From assembly GCA_965214045.1 (NCBI GenBank), contig OZ243935.1, positions 2,578,409 through 2,642,408 on the forward strand: DNA of 64,000 nucleotides. Reading direction: 5' to 3'. Positions within the stretch are counted from its first letter, which is position 1; every line of letters begins with the position of its first letter. Position numbers and translations under genes: made by a program. The notes beneath the pieces were generated by a model. It was given only the letters and a program-made list of their open reading frames with translations, made no database searches and had not been told where the DNA came from. Below, in pieces: positions 17,995 to 26,300 of this stretch. This DNA is from Candidatus Poribacteria bacterium (GTDB lineage Bacteria; Poribacteria; WGA-4E; WGA-3G).

Positions 17995-18033
17995 GAAAAA
18001 AGTTGGGACGCTTCTAAGATTTTATCTCACATT
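17995..18033 (+). repeat. direct repeat DR-B flanking the sigma-factor gene
   Basis: GAAAAAAGTTGGGACGCTTCTAAGATTTTATCTCACATT, 16 nt after the sigma-factor stop. Confidence 0.75.
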
Positions 18034-18123
18034 AATAGCAGAAGTGTTCGGTGACTCCAAACGCGAAAAAGAAGTGAACCCTTCCGTTTGGAAGATTCTA
18101 TCTCTCTTACAGGAAAGTTAAAC

Positions 18124-18302
18124 TTAACGCCAGTTTGAAAATAAATCTGTAGGTGTTTTTGATAGGGTGTTTCCTACAGGTAGAGCGGTAAATACACCGA
18201 AAAAATCGCAGAATGTGGAGAAATATACCGTTTTCAGGTCCACTTTCTGTATCAATACCGGTAGCGAAACCCGACATTCCACTTTTATCAAGCTCACGTT
18301 AA
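18124..18302. mobile_element. MITE-A copy 1 (~179 bp)
   Basis: Terminal inverted repeats TTAACGCCAGTTTGAAAATAAA and (reverse complement) TTAACGTGAGCTTGATAAAAG. It is flanked by the 11-bp direct repeat TTAAACTTAAC. Internal hairpin CTGTAGG...CCTACAG. Homologous to 37444-37620. Confidence 0.7.
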
Positions 18303-18323
18303 ACTTAACATGGAGGCTCTATT

Positions 18324-18977
18324 ATGTTGAAAACAAAATGGTACTGGACACTTGCAGCATTTGTTATCCTCTGCGTCGGCAGTTTTATCTTTTTCCGACC
18401 TAAGCCACGACTTGAACCCATAAAAATCTATAAGGTGGTAACACCCGGACTGAAGCCAAGTCCAGCAAAAACGGACACGGAAATCGCAGAAATCGCTATT
18501 CCGCCCGGACATGAACATGGACATAGCCACAATACCGATTCGCACTCTCATATGGTAGAAACTCCCACAAATAGCGACAGGTACGATTGGCTGGATGATA
18601 ATTCGTTTGACCTCGCGCTTTCCAAGAACGACCCGTGGAAACAAACCTATCCAGAAGGCGAATCTACTGACGAAACAGGTGACACATACCCGCCCCGAGA
18701 CTGGTACAAGACAGAAGACCCCGCGTTATATATCGTATACCTTCAGGCGCAACTCATTAAGCAGTTTGGTGACATCCCGGAGGTCCATACCTTTGTAGAT
18801 TTTGAAGAAAGAAGGAGATTTGGGATATCGATAAAAGATGCGGATGAATACCTGAGTTTTCTTAAAGCGCAGTACACCCTTTGGCCAATCGAAGAAACGC
18901 GAGAAACACTTGAAACTTTGGAAAAGCGGATTGAGGCAGGCGCGAATATCGTTTTTGGCCCCATGGAGGTCCCATGA
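18324..18977 (+). CDS. hypothetical membrane-anchored/secreted protein with His-rich stretch; paralogue of the next gene
   Basis: GGAGG SD. Hydrophobic N-terminus, PPGHEHGHSHNTDSHSHM, and the motif QFGDIPEVHTFVDF shared with 18974..19852. Confidence 0.65.
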   Translation: MLKTKWYWTLAAFVILCVGSFIFFRPKPRLEPIKIYKVVTPGLKPSPAKTDTEIAEIAIPPGHEHGHSHNTDSHSHMVETPTNSDRYDWLDDNSFDLALSKNDPWKQTYPEGESTDETGDTYPPRDWYKTEDPALYIVYLQAQLIKQFGDIPEVHTFVDFEERRRFGISIKDADEYLSFLKAQYTLWPIEETRETLETLEKRIEAGANIVFGPMEVP

Positions 18978-19852
18978 AAAATCATTTCACCCTTTCAATA
19001 TTTTTGCTTCTTGCGTCTATCTTCTGCTTTGGTTGTGGAGACATAGAAGACGTAGGAGATACGACCGATTCTCCTTACAACCCGCTGCTCAACACACCTG
19101 ATAAACGATTGCTCGATGCACCTGATAAATCCTTGTTGAGGTTGAAAGACAAGGACTGGGAAAAGTTGAAAGGCGACGACTGGATAGCCTTAACAGACGA
19201 AGAAGTTGAAGAACTCATGAACCTGGTGATTCCGCAACGCTGGGCCTTTGAGACGGAAAATCAAGCGTTATACCAAAAATATCGTGCCGCCACTGACTTC
19301 CAAAGGTTTGGAGACATCCCGCAGGTTCGATATCTTGTAGAGTTTATGCAGCAACCGGCGAAAGATGAGTTTGTAGAAGTCGATCTATTATCCATCACTT
19401 ATGAGCGACATGCTGCTTTCCTTGAGGCGAGTTATTTTCTTTTTCCGACTGCAGTCAACCGGCGTTCGCTCGAAGAGATCAGAAAACGAGTGGATGAAGA
19501 AACAGAACGCCTTTTTCTGGATCGGTTGCGAAGAAAGAATCCAGAAGCGTGGATAGAACACAAACACGCGGCACTCCTTCGTAGACACGGCGATATTCCG
19601 GAAGTCGACAGCATTGCCGATTTTTTACGAAAGTTGGAACTGCAGCTACCGAGAACAAACAAGGAATGCCGCGCTTATCTGAAGGCATATCAGGCGCTTT
19701 ACGACCACACGACAATTGCCTCGCGTTATGAGTATTACGCATGGCTTGAAGCAGCGAACCAGACCGGACGTTTGTCAGAGGATGCACGACACAGACTTGA
19801 AAAATATCGAAAAGCAAGAACAGAAGGCATTTCATTCTATGATATAGACTGA
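18974..19852 (+). CDS. hypothetical lipoprotein, paralogous repeat protein (GDIPxV motif twice)
   Basis: ATGA overlap with the previous gene. Lipobox FCFGCGD. Motifs RFGDIPQVRYLVEF and RHGDIPEVDSIADF. Confidence 0.7.
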   Translation: MKNHFTLSIFLLLASIFCFGCGDIEDVGDTTDSPYNPLLNTPDKRLLDAPDKSLLRLKDKDWEKLKGDDWIALTDEEVEELMNLVIPQRWAFETENQALYQKYRAATDFQRFGDIPQVRYLVEFMQQPAKDEFVEVDLLSITYERHAAFLEASYFLFPTAVNRRSLEEIRKRVDEETERLFLDRLRRKNPEAWIEHKHAALLRRHGDIPEVDSIADFLRKLELQLPRTNKECRAYLKAYQALYDHTTIASRYEYYAWLEAANQTGRLSEDARHRLEKYRKARTEGISFYDID

Positions 19853-20097
19853 GATGATGATAAGAATTTGTATGATCTTTCTGGGAAGCACATCGCCTCT
19901 CAGAATTGAAATCCACAAGTGAGACGCTTCACTGGTGGATACCTGGTACCTGTCAGTCGTTTAGCACATCGAAAGCAACCGGCAAGAAAACGGATGTCAA
20001 TCGGACATGCCCCTTGTCTTTTGCCTTCTCATTTCCGTAAGGAGGATCTACCAATGTTGAAAAAGCATTTTGGAGGCTTAACCCTCTTCATTTCACG

Positions 20098-20436
20098 TTG
20101 ACTTTCGCAGTCCCGTTGCTTGTTGGGGTTAACATATCGGATGCAGGTCCCACCCAAGTCTTCGAGCAGCCTTGGAGAACTGATTTTTACTGTCCTGACG
20201 GTACCTTTGCTACTTCCTCAAGTGGGACACATAGGAACGAGTACTATCACGGACACCCAGCAGATAATTGTCAATGGGAAGCAACAGGTCATGAACCGTG
20301 GTGTTTCATCTGGTGTGTGCAACAACATGAGGAGTATGTTTGTTCTCATGTGGGTCACAGCACCACGTACTATTATAACAGTACGCTGGATTACACAACA
20401 GTAACTCTCTCGAGCAGCTCCAGTCATTGTAATTAA
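20098..20436 (+). CDS. small Cys/His/Trp/Tyr-rich hypothetical protein; start and frame unresolved
   Basis: A strong SD (AAGGAGG) plus ATG at 20054 opens a different frame that stops at TGA 20099-20101. The long ORF starts at TTG 20098 in the -1 frame. A terminator follows at 20512-20553. Confidence 0.4.
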   Translation: MTFAVPLLVGVNISDAGPTQVFEQPWRTDFYCPDGTFATSSSGTHRNEYYHGHPADNCQWEATGHEPWCFIWCVQQHEEYVCSHVGHSTTYYYNSTLDYTTVTLSSSSSHCN

Positions 20437-20511
20437 GGGACTTCAGAGAATACGGCTCAAGTAGCGATATACGCGCAGATGGGTCGTTACTGCCGACTAA
20501 AGTTGAAGAAA

Positions 20512-20553
20512 GAAATGTGGCATCATACGTATTGATACCGCATTTCTTTTTTT
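20512..20553 (+). terminator. Rho-independent terminator between convergent genes
   Basis: GAAATGTGG-17 nt loop-CCGCATTTC followed by TTTTTTT (20547-20553). The opposite strand is also T-rich after the stem. Confidence 0.7.
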
Positions 20554-20585
20554 GCATCAGTAAATACATGAAACCTTCGCTCACG

Positions 20586-21686
20586 CTATGCATTTTCCCA
20601 AGGTGCCACATCGCCAACGGGCGGTGGTGTTGGGAAACGGCTCTCGACATCGATAGGTCTCCTCGCATCGGAGGATTCGATGATCCGCTCACACACTTCT
20701 AACGCGTGTCGTGCTTGCGCGCCGTTACAGCGTGGGTTCCGGTCGGATCTGATCGCGTCCGCGAAATCCGCAACGCCTTTGCCCCAATCTAATCCGGTAA
20801 AGGCTTTCGGTGGTGAGGGTTCATCTTGCCACCGGTCCTGCGGGGTGAACTTTTGGATACCGCGCCCATCATCGTGTGCTTGGAGTGAGAACCCGCCTGC
20901 AGTGCCGTGAATTTCGTAGGGCGGAATTCCAGAAGCGACAGTAAAACTGTGATAGATGAGTCCGTGTGCCCCGTTCTGGAACTCAAGCACAGCAAATCCG
21001 TGATCCTTCTCATGGACCTCAAACTCAGTCCCTTTCCGCGGTCCCTGGTGCAGCATCCGTTTTGGGACGGCAACTCGCGCGAAGCCATGCACCGTTTTGA
21101 CCGGGGCGATCATCGTCGTCATCGCCGTGAGCGGGTAAGGCGCGACGTCTCGGAAGGGACCGGCATGCATGATGAAAGCATCTGCGTTCGGGTGCCAGTG
21201 TTCCAAAGGACCCCCGAAATTGCCGATCGCGGAAATCACATCACCGATCTCACCCTCACGAATCCGTTGCCAGACGTTCTGCTGAACGTAGCCGAGAATC
21301 GCCGAGGGTGCGCATGCCAGTTTCAACCCCATTGCTTCCGCCGTTTCTACCAGTTCATTTGCCTCATCGGTTCGGATAGAAATCGGCTTTTCAGAGTAAA
21401 CGTGTTTCCCTGCTTTCAGTGCCGCTAATGAAACCGGATAGTGCGAGATGTGAATCGTCAAATTCACAATCGCCTCTATGTTTGGATCGTTCAGCACTTC
21501 CTCAAGGGATTTGTAGACGTGTCCGCCGTTGCGTTCCGCCAATGCTGAGGCGCGTTCCGCATCTTGATCATAGTAGCCAGCCAATTCAATACGATTCGGG
21601 TACGCTTGGCAACGCGGTTGGTAGCCTCCCGCGGCTATCATACCGCACCCGACAATCACCGTACGGAGTGGAGTCGTATGAGTCAT
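20586..21686 (-). CDS. Gfo/Idh/MocA family oxidoreductase
   Basis: N-terminal Rossmann motif LRTVIVGCGMIAAGGY and EKPISIRTDEA. 366 aa. Confidence 0.9.
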   Translation of the reverse strand: MTHTTPLRTVIVGCGMIAAGGYQPRCQAYPNRIELAGYYDQDAERASALAERNGGHVYKSLEEVLNDPNIEAIVNLTIHISHYPVSLAALKAGKHVYSEKPISIRTDEANELVETAEAMGLKLACAPSAILGYVQQNVWQRIREGEIGDVISAIGNFGGPLEHWHPNADAFIMHAGPFRDVAPYPLTAMTTMIAPVKTVHGFARVAVPKRMLHQGPRKGTEFEVHEKDHGFAVLEFQNGAHGLIYHSFTVASGIPPYEIHGTAGGFSLQAHDDGRGIQKFTPQDRWQDEPSPPKAFTGLDWGKGVADFADAIRSDRNPRCNGAQARHALEVCERIIESSDARRPIDVESRFPTPPPVGDVAPWENA

Positions 21687-21951
21687 TCAATGTTCTCCTT
21701 GTTGCGTATAAATTTTGTCACCATGTCCGAGATATAAAGTCTATCAGATTTGAACACTGCTTGCAAGCCTATATTATATTGGTGCCAAGGGCTTTCGGTT
21801 CTTCTGTAGGAGGGAACTCCGATTCCCGACTCTTCGCTGTAGGAACGATTTCCTGGTCGCGACTTTCCAACCAAGGGGGTTAAGTTTCGGCAGATGTTTA
21901 CATATTTTTATACGTTACCATAAATGCCTTTGCAGCGACCCGATTTTTCTC

Positions 21952-21981
21952 TTGACGCGAAAGGTGGATACGGTGTAATAT
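21952..21981 (+). promoter_or_regulatory. sigma-70-type promoter TTGACG-18 nt-TAATAT
   Basis: TTGACG at 21952-21957 and TAATAT at 21976-21981, directly upstream of the TPR lipoprotein ORF. Confidence 0.5.
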
Positions 21982-21988
21982 ATACGAT

Positions 21989-22429
21989 GTGGCTTGTATA
22001 CCAATATCACAAAATTTTGGGGTGATACACGTGTTAAGATATAGTCAGCTCGCGTCTATCGCTATTCTCCTCTGCTGGATGCTATCCGGATGTGCTATAA
22101 TATCGCGAGATGTTACGCGGACTGAGGCTTACAATCGATTCGCAATCAAAGCTGCACAGGCGCAGCTCTGGAATGAAGCCGTCTTCCGGTGGAAGCAGGT
22201 TGTCAGTATCGATCCGGAGGACGCTAAAGCACATAATAACCTCGGTGTTGCTTACGAGGCACTCGGGAACATGGAGGCGGCTATCGCCTCTTACCAGCGC
22301 GCAGCAGAATTAGAACCAAATAATAAATACTACAGACTCAACTATCGGCGGTGCCGTATACATCTTCGGCGAAGTGGAGGGGACGATGAAGATGCACCGC
22401 AGTTAGAAGAACCACTACCTACGGAGTAG
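21989..22429 (+). CDS. TPR-repeat lipoprotein
   Basis: Lipobox MLSGCA. TPR signature DAKAHNNLGVAYEALGNMEAAIASYQRAAELEPNN. The true start may be GTG 22031 (GGGGTGA SD). Confidence 0.75.
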   Translation: MACIPISQNFGVIHVLRYSQLASIAILLCWMLSGCAIISRDVTRTEAYNRFAIKAAQAQLWNEAVFRWKQVVSIDPEDAKAHNNLGVAYEALGNMEAAIASYQRAAELEPNNKYYRLNYRRCRIHLRRSGGDDEDAPQLEEPLPTE

Positions 22430-22516
22430 CGGTCAGCAGTCGGTTCCTGTCAGGAAAGAGGTTTCTTGCTGGTAGCCGAAAGGGTCGCGTAGCAACCCGT
22501 GCTGATGGCTGATGAC
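22430..22516. repeat. heptamer palindromic element (HPE)
   Basis: Left arm CGGTCAGCAGTCGGTTCCTGTCAGG. Core AGGAAAGAGGTTTCTTGCTGGTAGCC... Right arm GCTGATGGCTGATGAC, which contains the ATG of the next ORF. Confidence 0.75.
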
Positions 22517-23237
22517 TAATATGCAGATAGCGAAAAGAATAGGAATTCTATTAGGAGTCTTAACGCTTTGTGGATGTGGCAATGCTGTGACGCGTGTCTC
22601 TATTCCGGTGAAGGTCCAATCTGAAATCGACATTACTCGCTACTCCAACTTCGCCGTTTTACCGTTTATCAGCGAGAAACAGATAGAACGGAACGAAAAA
22701 CTACCGCCAGAGATCGGCGGGGAGATCGCCTCAATACTTCGGAGAGGTTTAGCACGCCAGAAACATTTTGAGGTCGTCAGCACACAAGAAACAGCGAGGC
22801 TGCTCACTGGTGAGACCGTGGAAGAAGATTGGCTTTCTAATACAAAGCACTTGAGTCAGCTCGGTGAGTACTTTGAAGTAAAAGCGGTTATCATCGGAAG
22901 TTTCCGATTCTATGCCGATAGTCGTCCAAGACGTTATTATGGGGAACGCTACTCCGTACAACGGCAACGCTATGTCGTGGATTATCAAGATTACATGCAG
23001 AAAACCTATCTACTCTCACTCCGTGTAATGATTGTTGATGTTGAAACCGAAGAGGTGGTTTGGGATGAGTCTTACCGAAGAAGCACTGCTGAAGCGCATA
23101 CCATCGGGTCGTTCATTTTCTCACAGGTTGGACCCCAAGCGAATACGATTCGGGAACTCGGTAGACGTGCCGTATCGGAATTTACACGCCAAATCTCTCC
23201 ACATTATGAGAACGAAGATAGATATTTAGTCAAGTAG
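22512..23237 (+). CDS. hypothetical lipoprotein
   Basis: Lipobox LTLCGCGN. 241 aa. No family recognised with confidence. Confidence 0.7.
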   Translation: MTNMQIAKRIGILLGVLTLCGCGNAVTRVSIPVKVQSEIDITRYSNFAVLPFISEKQIERNEKLPPEIGGEIASILRRGLARQKHFEVVSTQETARLLTGETVEEDWLSNTKHLSQLGEYFEVKAVIIGSFRFYADSRPRRYYGERYSVQRQRYVVDYQDYMQKTYLLSLRVMIVDVETEEVVWDESYRRSTAEAHTIGSFIFSQVGPQANTIRELGRRAVSEFTRQISPHYENEDRYLVK

Positions 23238-23238
23238 A

Positions 23239-23342
23239 AATCGGCGATCGGCGGTCAGCGGTCAGAAAAGAGAATCTTGTGGTAGGTGAAAACGATAGCA
23301 ATTGTCCGATCTACCGAAAGCCAACGGCTGACAGCCAATGGC
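23239..23342. repeat. heptamer palindromic element (HPE)
   Basis: Left arm AATCGGC GATCGGC GGTCAGC GGTCAG. Core AAAAGAGAATCTTGTGGTAGGTG... Right arm GCCAACGGCTGACAGCCAATGGC, which includes ATG 23338. Confidence 0.8.
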
Positions 23343-26300
23343 GAAAGAAAAGGTAAGTGATGTGAAGGACGGTAAAAACAGAACTTCATTGATGGAATTG
23401 GAAGGCAGTCAGAAGGGACTGGAAGGTTGGAAAGTTGGAAGATTGGGGGGCATCCATTCTTCCATTCTTCCATTCTTCCAACCAAGTTCTTCCACGTGGG
23501 TAGGCAGGGATGTCCTGTTGCTACTTGTTGTCCTAAGCTTGTTATCACCTTGTGTTGCGTGGTCTCAAAGTTTTGGAAAAAACAAGATTACCGATCAACG
23601 CTTCGATTGGCACATTCACCGGACAGAGCATTTTGATATTCACTACTACCCAAGTGAAGCGAAACTCGTGCCTATTATGGCGGCGATCGCCGAAGAGGCT
23701 TACGAGCAACACAGCGAAGATTTTGAACATGAATTGCAAGACAGAACACCGCTCATCCTTTACAAATCCCACAAAGACTTTCAGGAAACCAACATAATTC
23801 TTCAAGAGCTTCACGAAGGCATTGGAGGTTTCGCGGAACTCTTTAAACACCGTATCGTTATACCCTTCACCGGATCCTTGGAAGCGTTCCGAGAGGTAAT
23901 TTTTCACGAACTCATCCATATTTTCCAATACGATATTATTTATCAAAAACCGCATGCCCGCATCTATAGTGGTGAATTTCTCTATTCCCCGCCAATCTGG
24001 TTTATAGAGGGGATGGCGGACTATTTTGCAGAAGACAATGATGCGATTGGGGAGATGGTCGTCCGCGATGCCAGCATGAATAACAAGATTGTGCCGCTAC
24101 CGCAGCTCCACAATTTCAACCGGCTCAGTTCACCTTTCGTTGGATATAAGTTGGGACAATTGGCAGTGGCGTATCTCACAGAGACTTATGGACGAGAGAA
24201 AATCGCTGAGATTTTGCAGGGGCTACGACAGAGTCGTACAAAGGACATCAACCATGTTTTCAGAGAGGTTCTCGGGGTAGAACTCGAAGAATTTGATAAG
24301 GCGTGGCGGCAGACAGTCCGAAAACGCTACTGGCCCCTCGTTGAGCATAGGGAATTGCCGGATATGGTATCGAAGAACCTTACAGAGGAATCTCGATATT
24401 CTCATAACATTAAACCGGTCTGGTCCCCGAGCGGCGATCTTATTGCTTACGTCACTGGAAATGACGGATTCCTGGAAATTGTCCTCATGTCCGCAAAAAC
24501 AGGTGAACGCATTGAGCGTGTCACGAAGCAGTTTTTCCGTGAGAAATATGAGGAGATCCGAACCGATTTCGGAGGATTTGGAAGAAGCCTCGCATGGGCA
24601 CCAGACGGGGACAGGATCGCATTCATCGCCAAACATCACGATGCAAATTATCTCCTTGAAGTCAACATTTTGACTGAGGAACTGACGCAGTACTTCGAGT
24701 TGCATTTTGATAACGTCACTTCACCCGACTACGATGGCAGCGGTGAACGGATCGTCTTTTCTGCACTAAAAGAGGGACAGACGGATCTCTATGTAATCGA
24801 ATTGCTGACGGGTGAAGTGGACAGGCTTACTTTCGATCCATTTAACGATACACATCCGTCGTGGCACCCAAGAACTGGGGAAATTGTCTATGCGTCCGAA
24901 CGAGGTGCCAAAAATCGATTGGTACTGATAAATCTCAGCCAAGGTACGGAACGCATACTCACCGATGGCACCTATAACGCTATCAGTCCAAGCTGGACAC
25001 CAGACGGAACATCGATTCTTTTCTGTTCGGATCGTCAGAGCATTTACGATATACACAAACTTGAAATCGTGGAGAAGGACAGCAATCAGCAGTCAGCAGT
25101 CAGCGATCAGCAAGAAAACCTCGTTGCTAATGGTCAAGAACCGAGAGCCGAGGACCGTTCTTCTGATAGCCGAACAGTTCTCACTGCAGAGCAAGCCGAG
25201 AGCCATGACAACGAAGAAGTCGTCTCAACTGAAAATGGTAGCACGGAACCTATGGGTTCTCGACCTTTAGAAGTTGAGTTGACCCGTCTTACGAATATGA
25301 TGACAGGCTGTTTCAATCCGAGCTTGGCTCCGGATGGTAAACATCTGCTGTTTAGTGCCTATCAGAATGGAAAATACGATGTTTGTATCATGGAGAGTGC
25401 CAAAACGGTTGAGGAAAAAATTGGGGTTTCAAGCGTGTCGGAACCCTCTGTCATTTTGACGGAGGAAGAAGAAGAAAATTATAGGGTTGCCAAGCGAAAA
25501 TACAGTACGAGATCTTCTTTTGCTTTAGATGCTATCTTCCCGAATTTCAGTTTCGGTGCGGATGGTATCCTAAGAAGTACAGTGCAAATCGTCGGCAGTG
25601 ACATGTTAGGTAACCATCGTATCGGGGTGAGCGTGATGAACCAATCGAGTTACCTCGCACCCGATTTTATCGCACAATACGGTTTTTTGACACACCGAAC
25701 TGATGTTGGTGCAGTGATTTACAACTATCATGAATACCATATCTTGGGCGGTATACAGAGTAGGCGGGGCATTCTGCAACGGATTACCGGGCTTGGCGCG
25801 TATGTCAATTACCCGTTTGACAGGTACCATCGACTCGACTTTGAGTTCTCAATGTACTCGAAGCCGTTTTCCTTTAACTTCCAAACGCGTGAGCCTTTGG
25901 ATCCATACGACGATAGAGGCTTGCTCACGATGGGTTCCGTTGCGTTTGTTGGAGATACAACGATGTGGCGGGAGTGGGCACCTTATACAGGTTCGCGGTA
26001 CCGTGTTGAACTTGAGCAATCTTTCCCCGCACTCGGTAGTGAATTGTCACTAACAAATGTTATTTTTGATGCGCGACGCTATTTCGGTGTCGGCAGACGA
26101 TCTACCATTGCGGCGCGATTGTTGCTCGGCGGTAGTTTCGGTGGTGATCGATCTTATTTTTATCTCGGTGGGATTGATACGCTACGCGGCTATAATTATG
26201 AAGAGTTGGTCGGGACACGCATCGGACTCCTCAATCTTGAAGTCCGTATCCCGTTCATAGATGTGCTTCATTTCGGGTGGCCCGTCCCGTGGACGCTCGG

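Noticed and set aside
20099-20101. Third selenocysteine codon in the small-gene locus
   Set aside because: There is no recognisable redox or Cys-aligned context, no convincing hairpin within 40 nt downstream, and a competing -1 frame with a longer ORF. It is kept only as a low-probability alternative.
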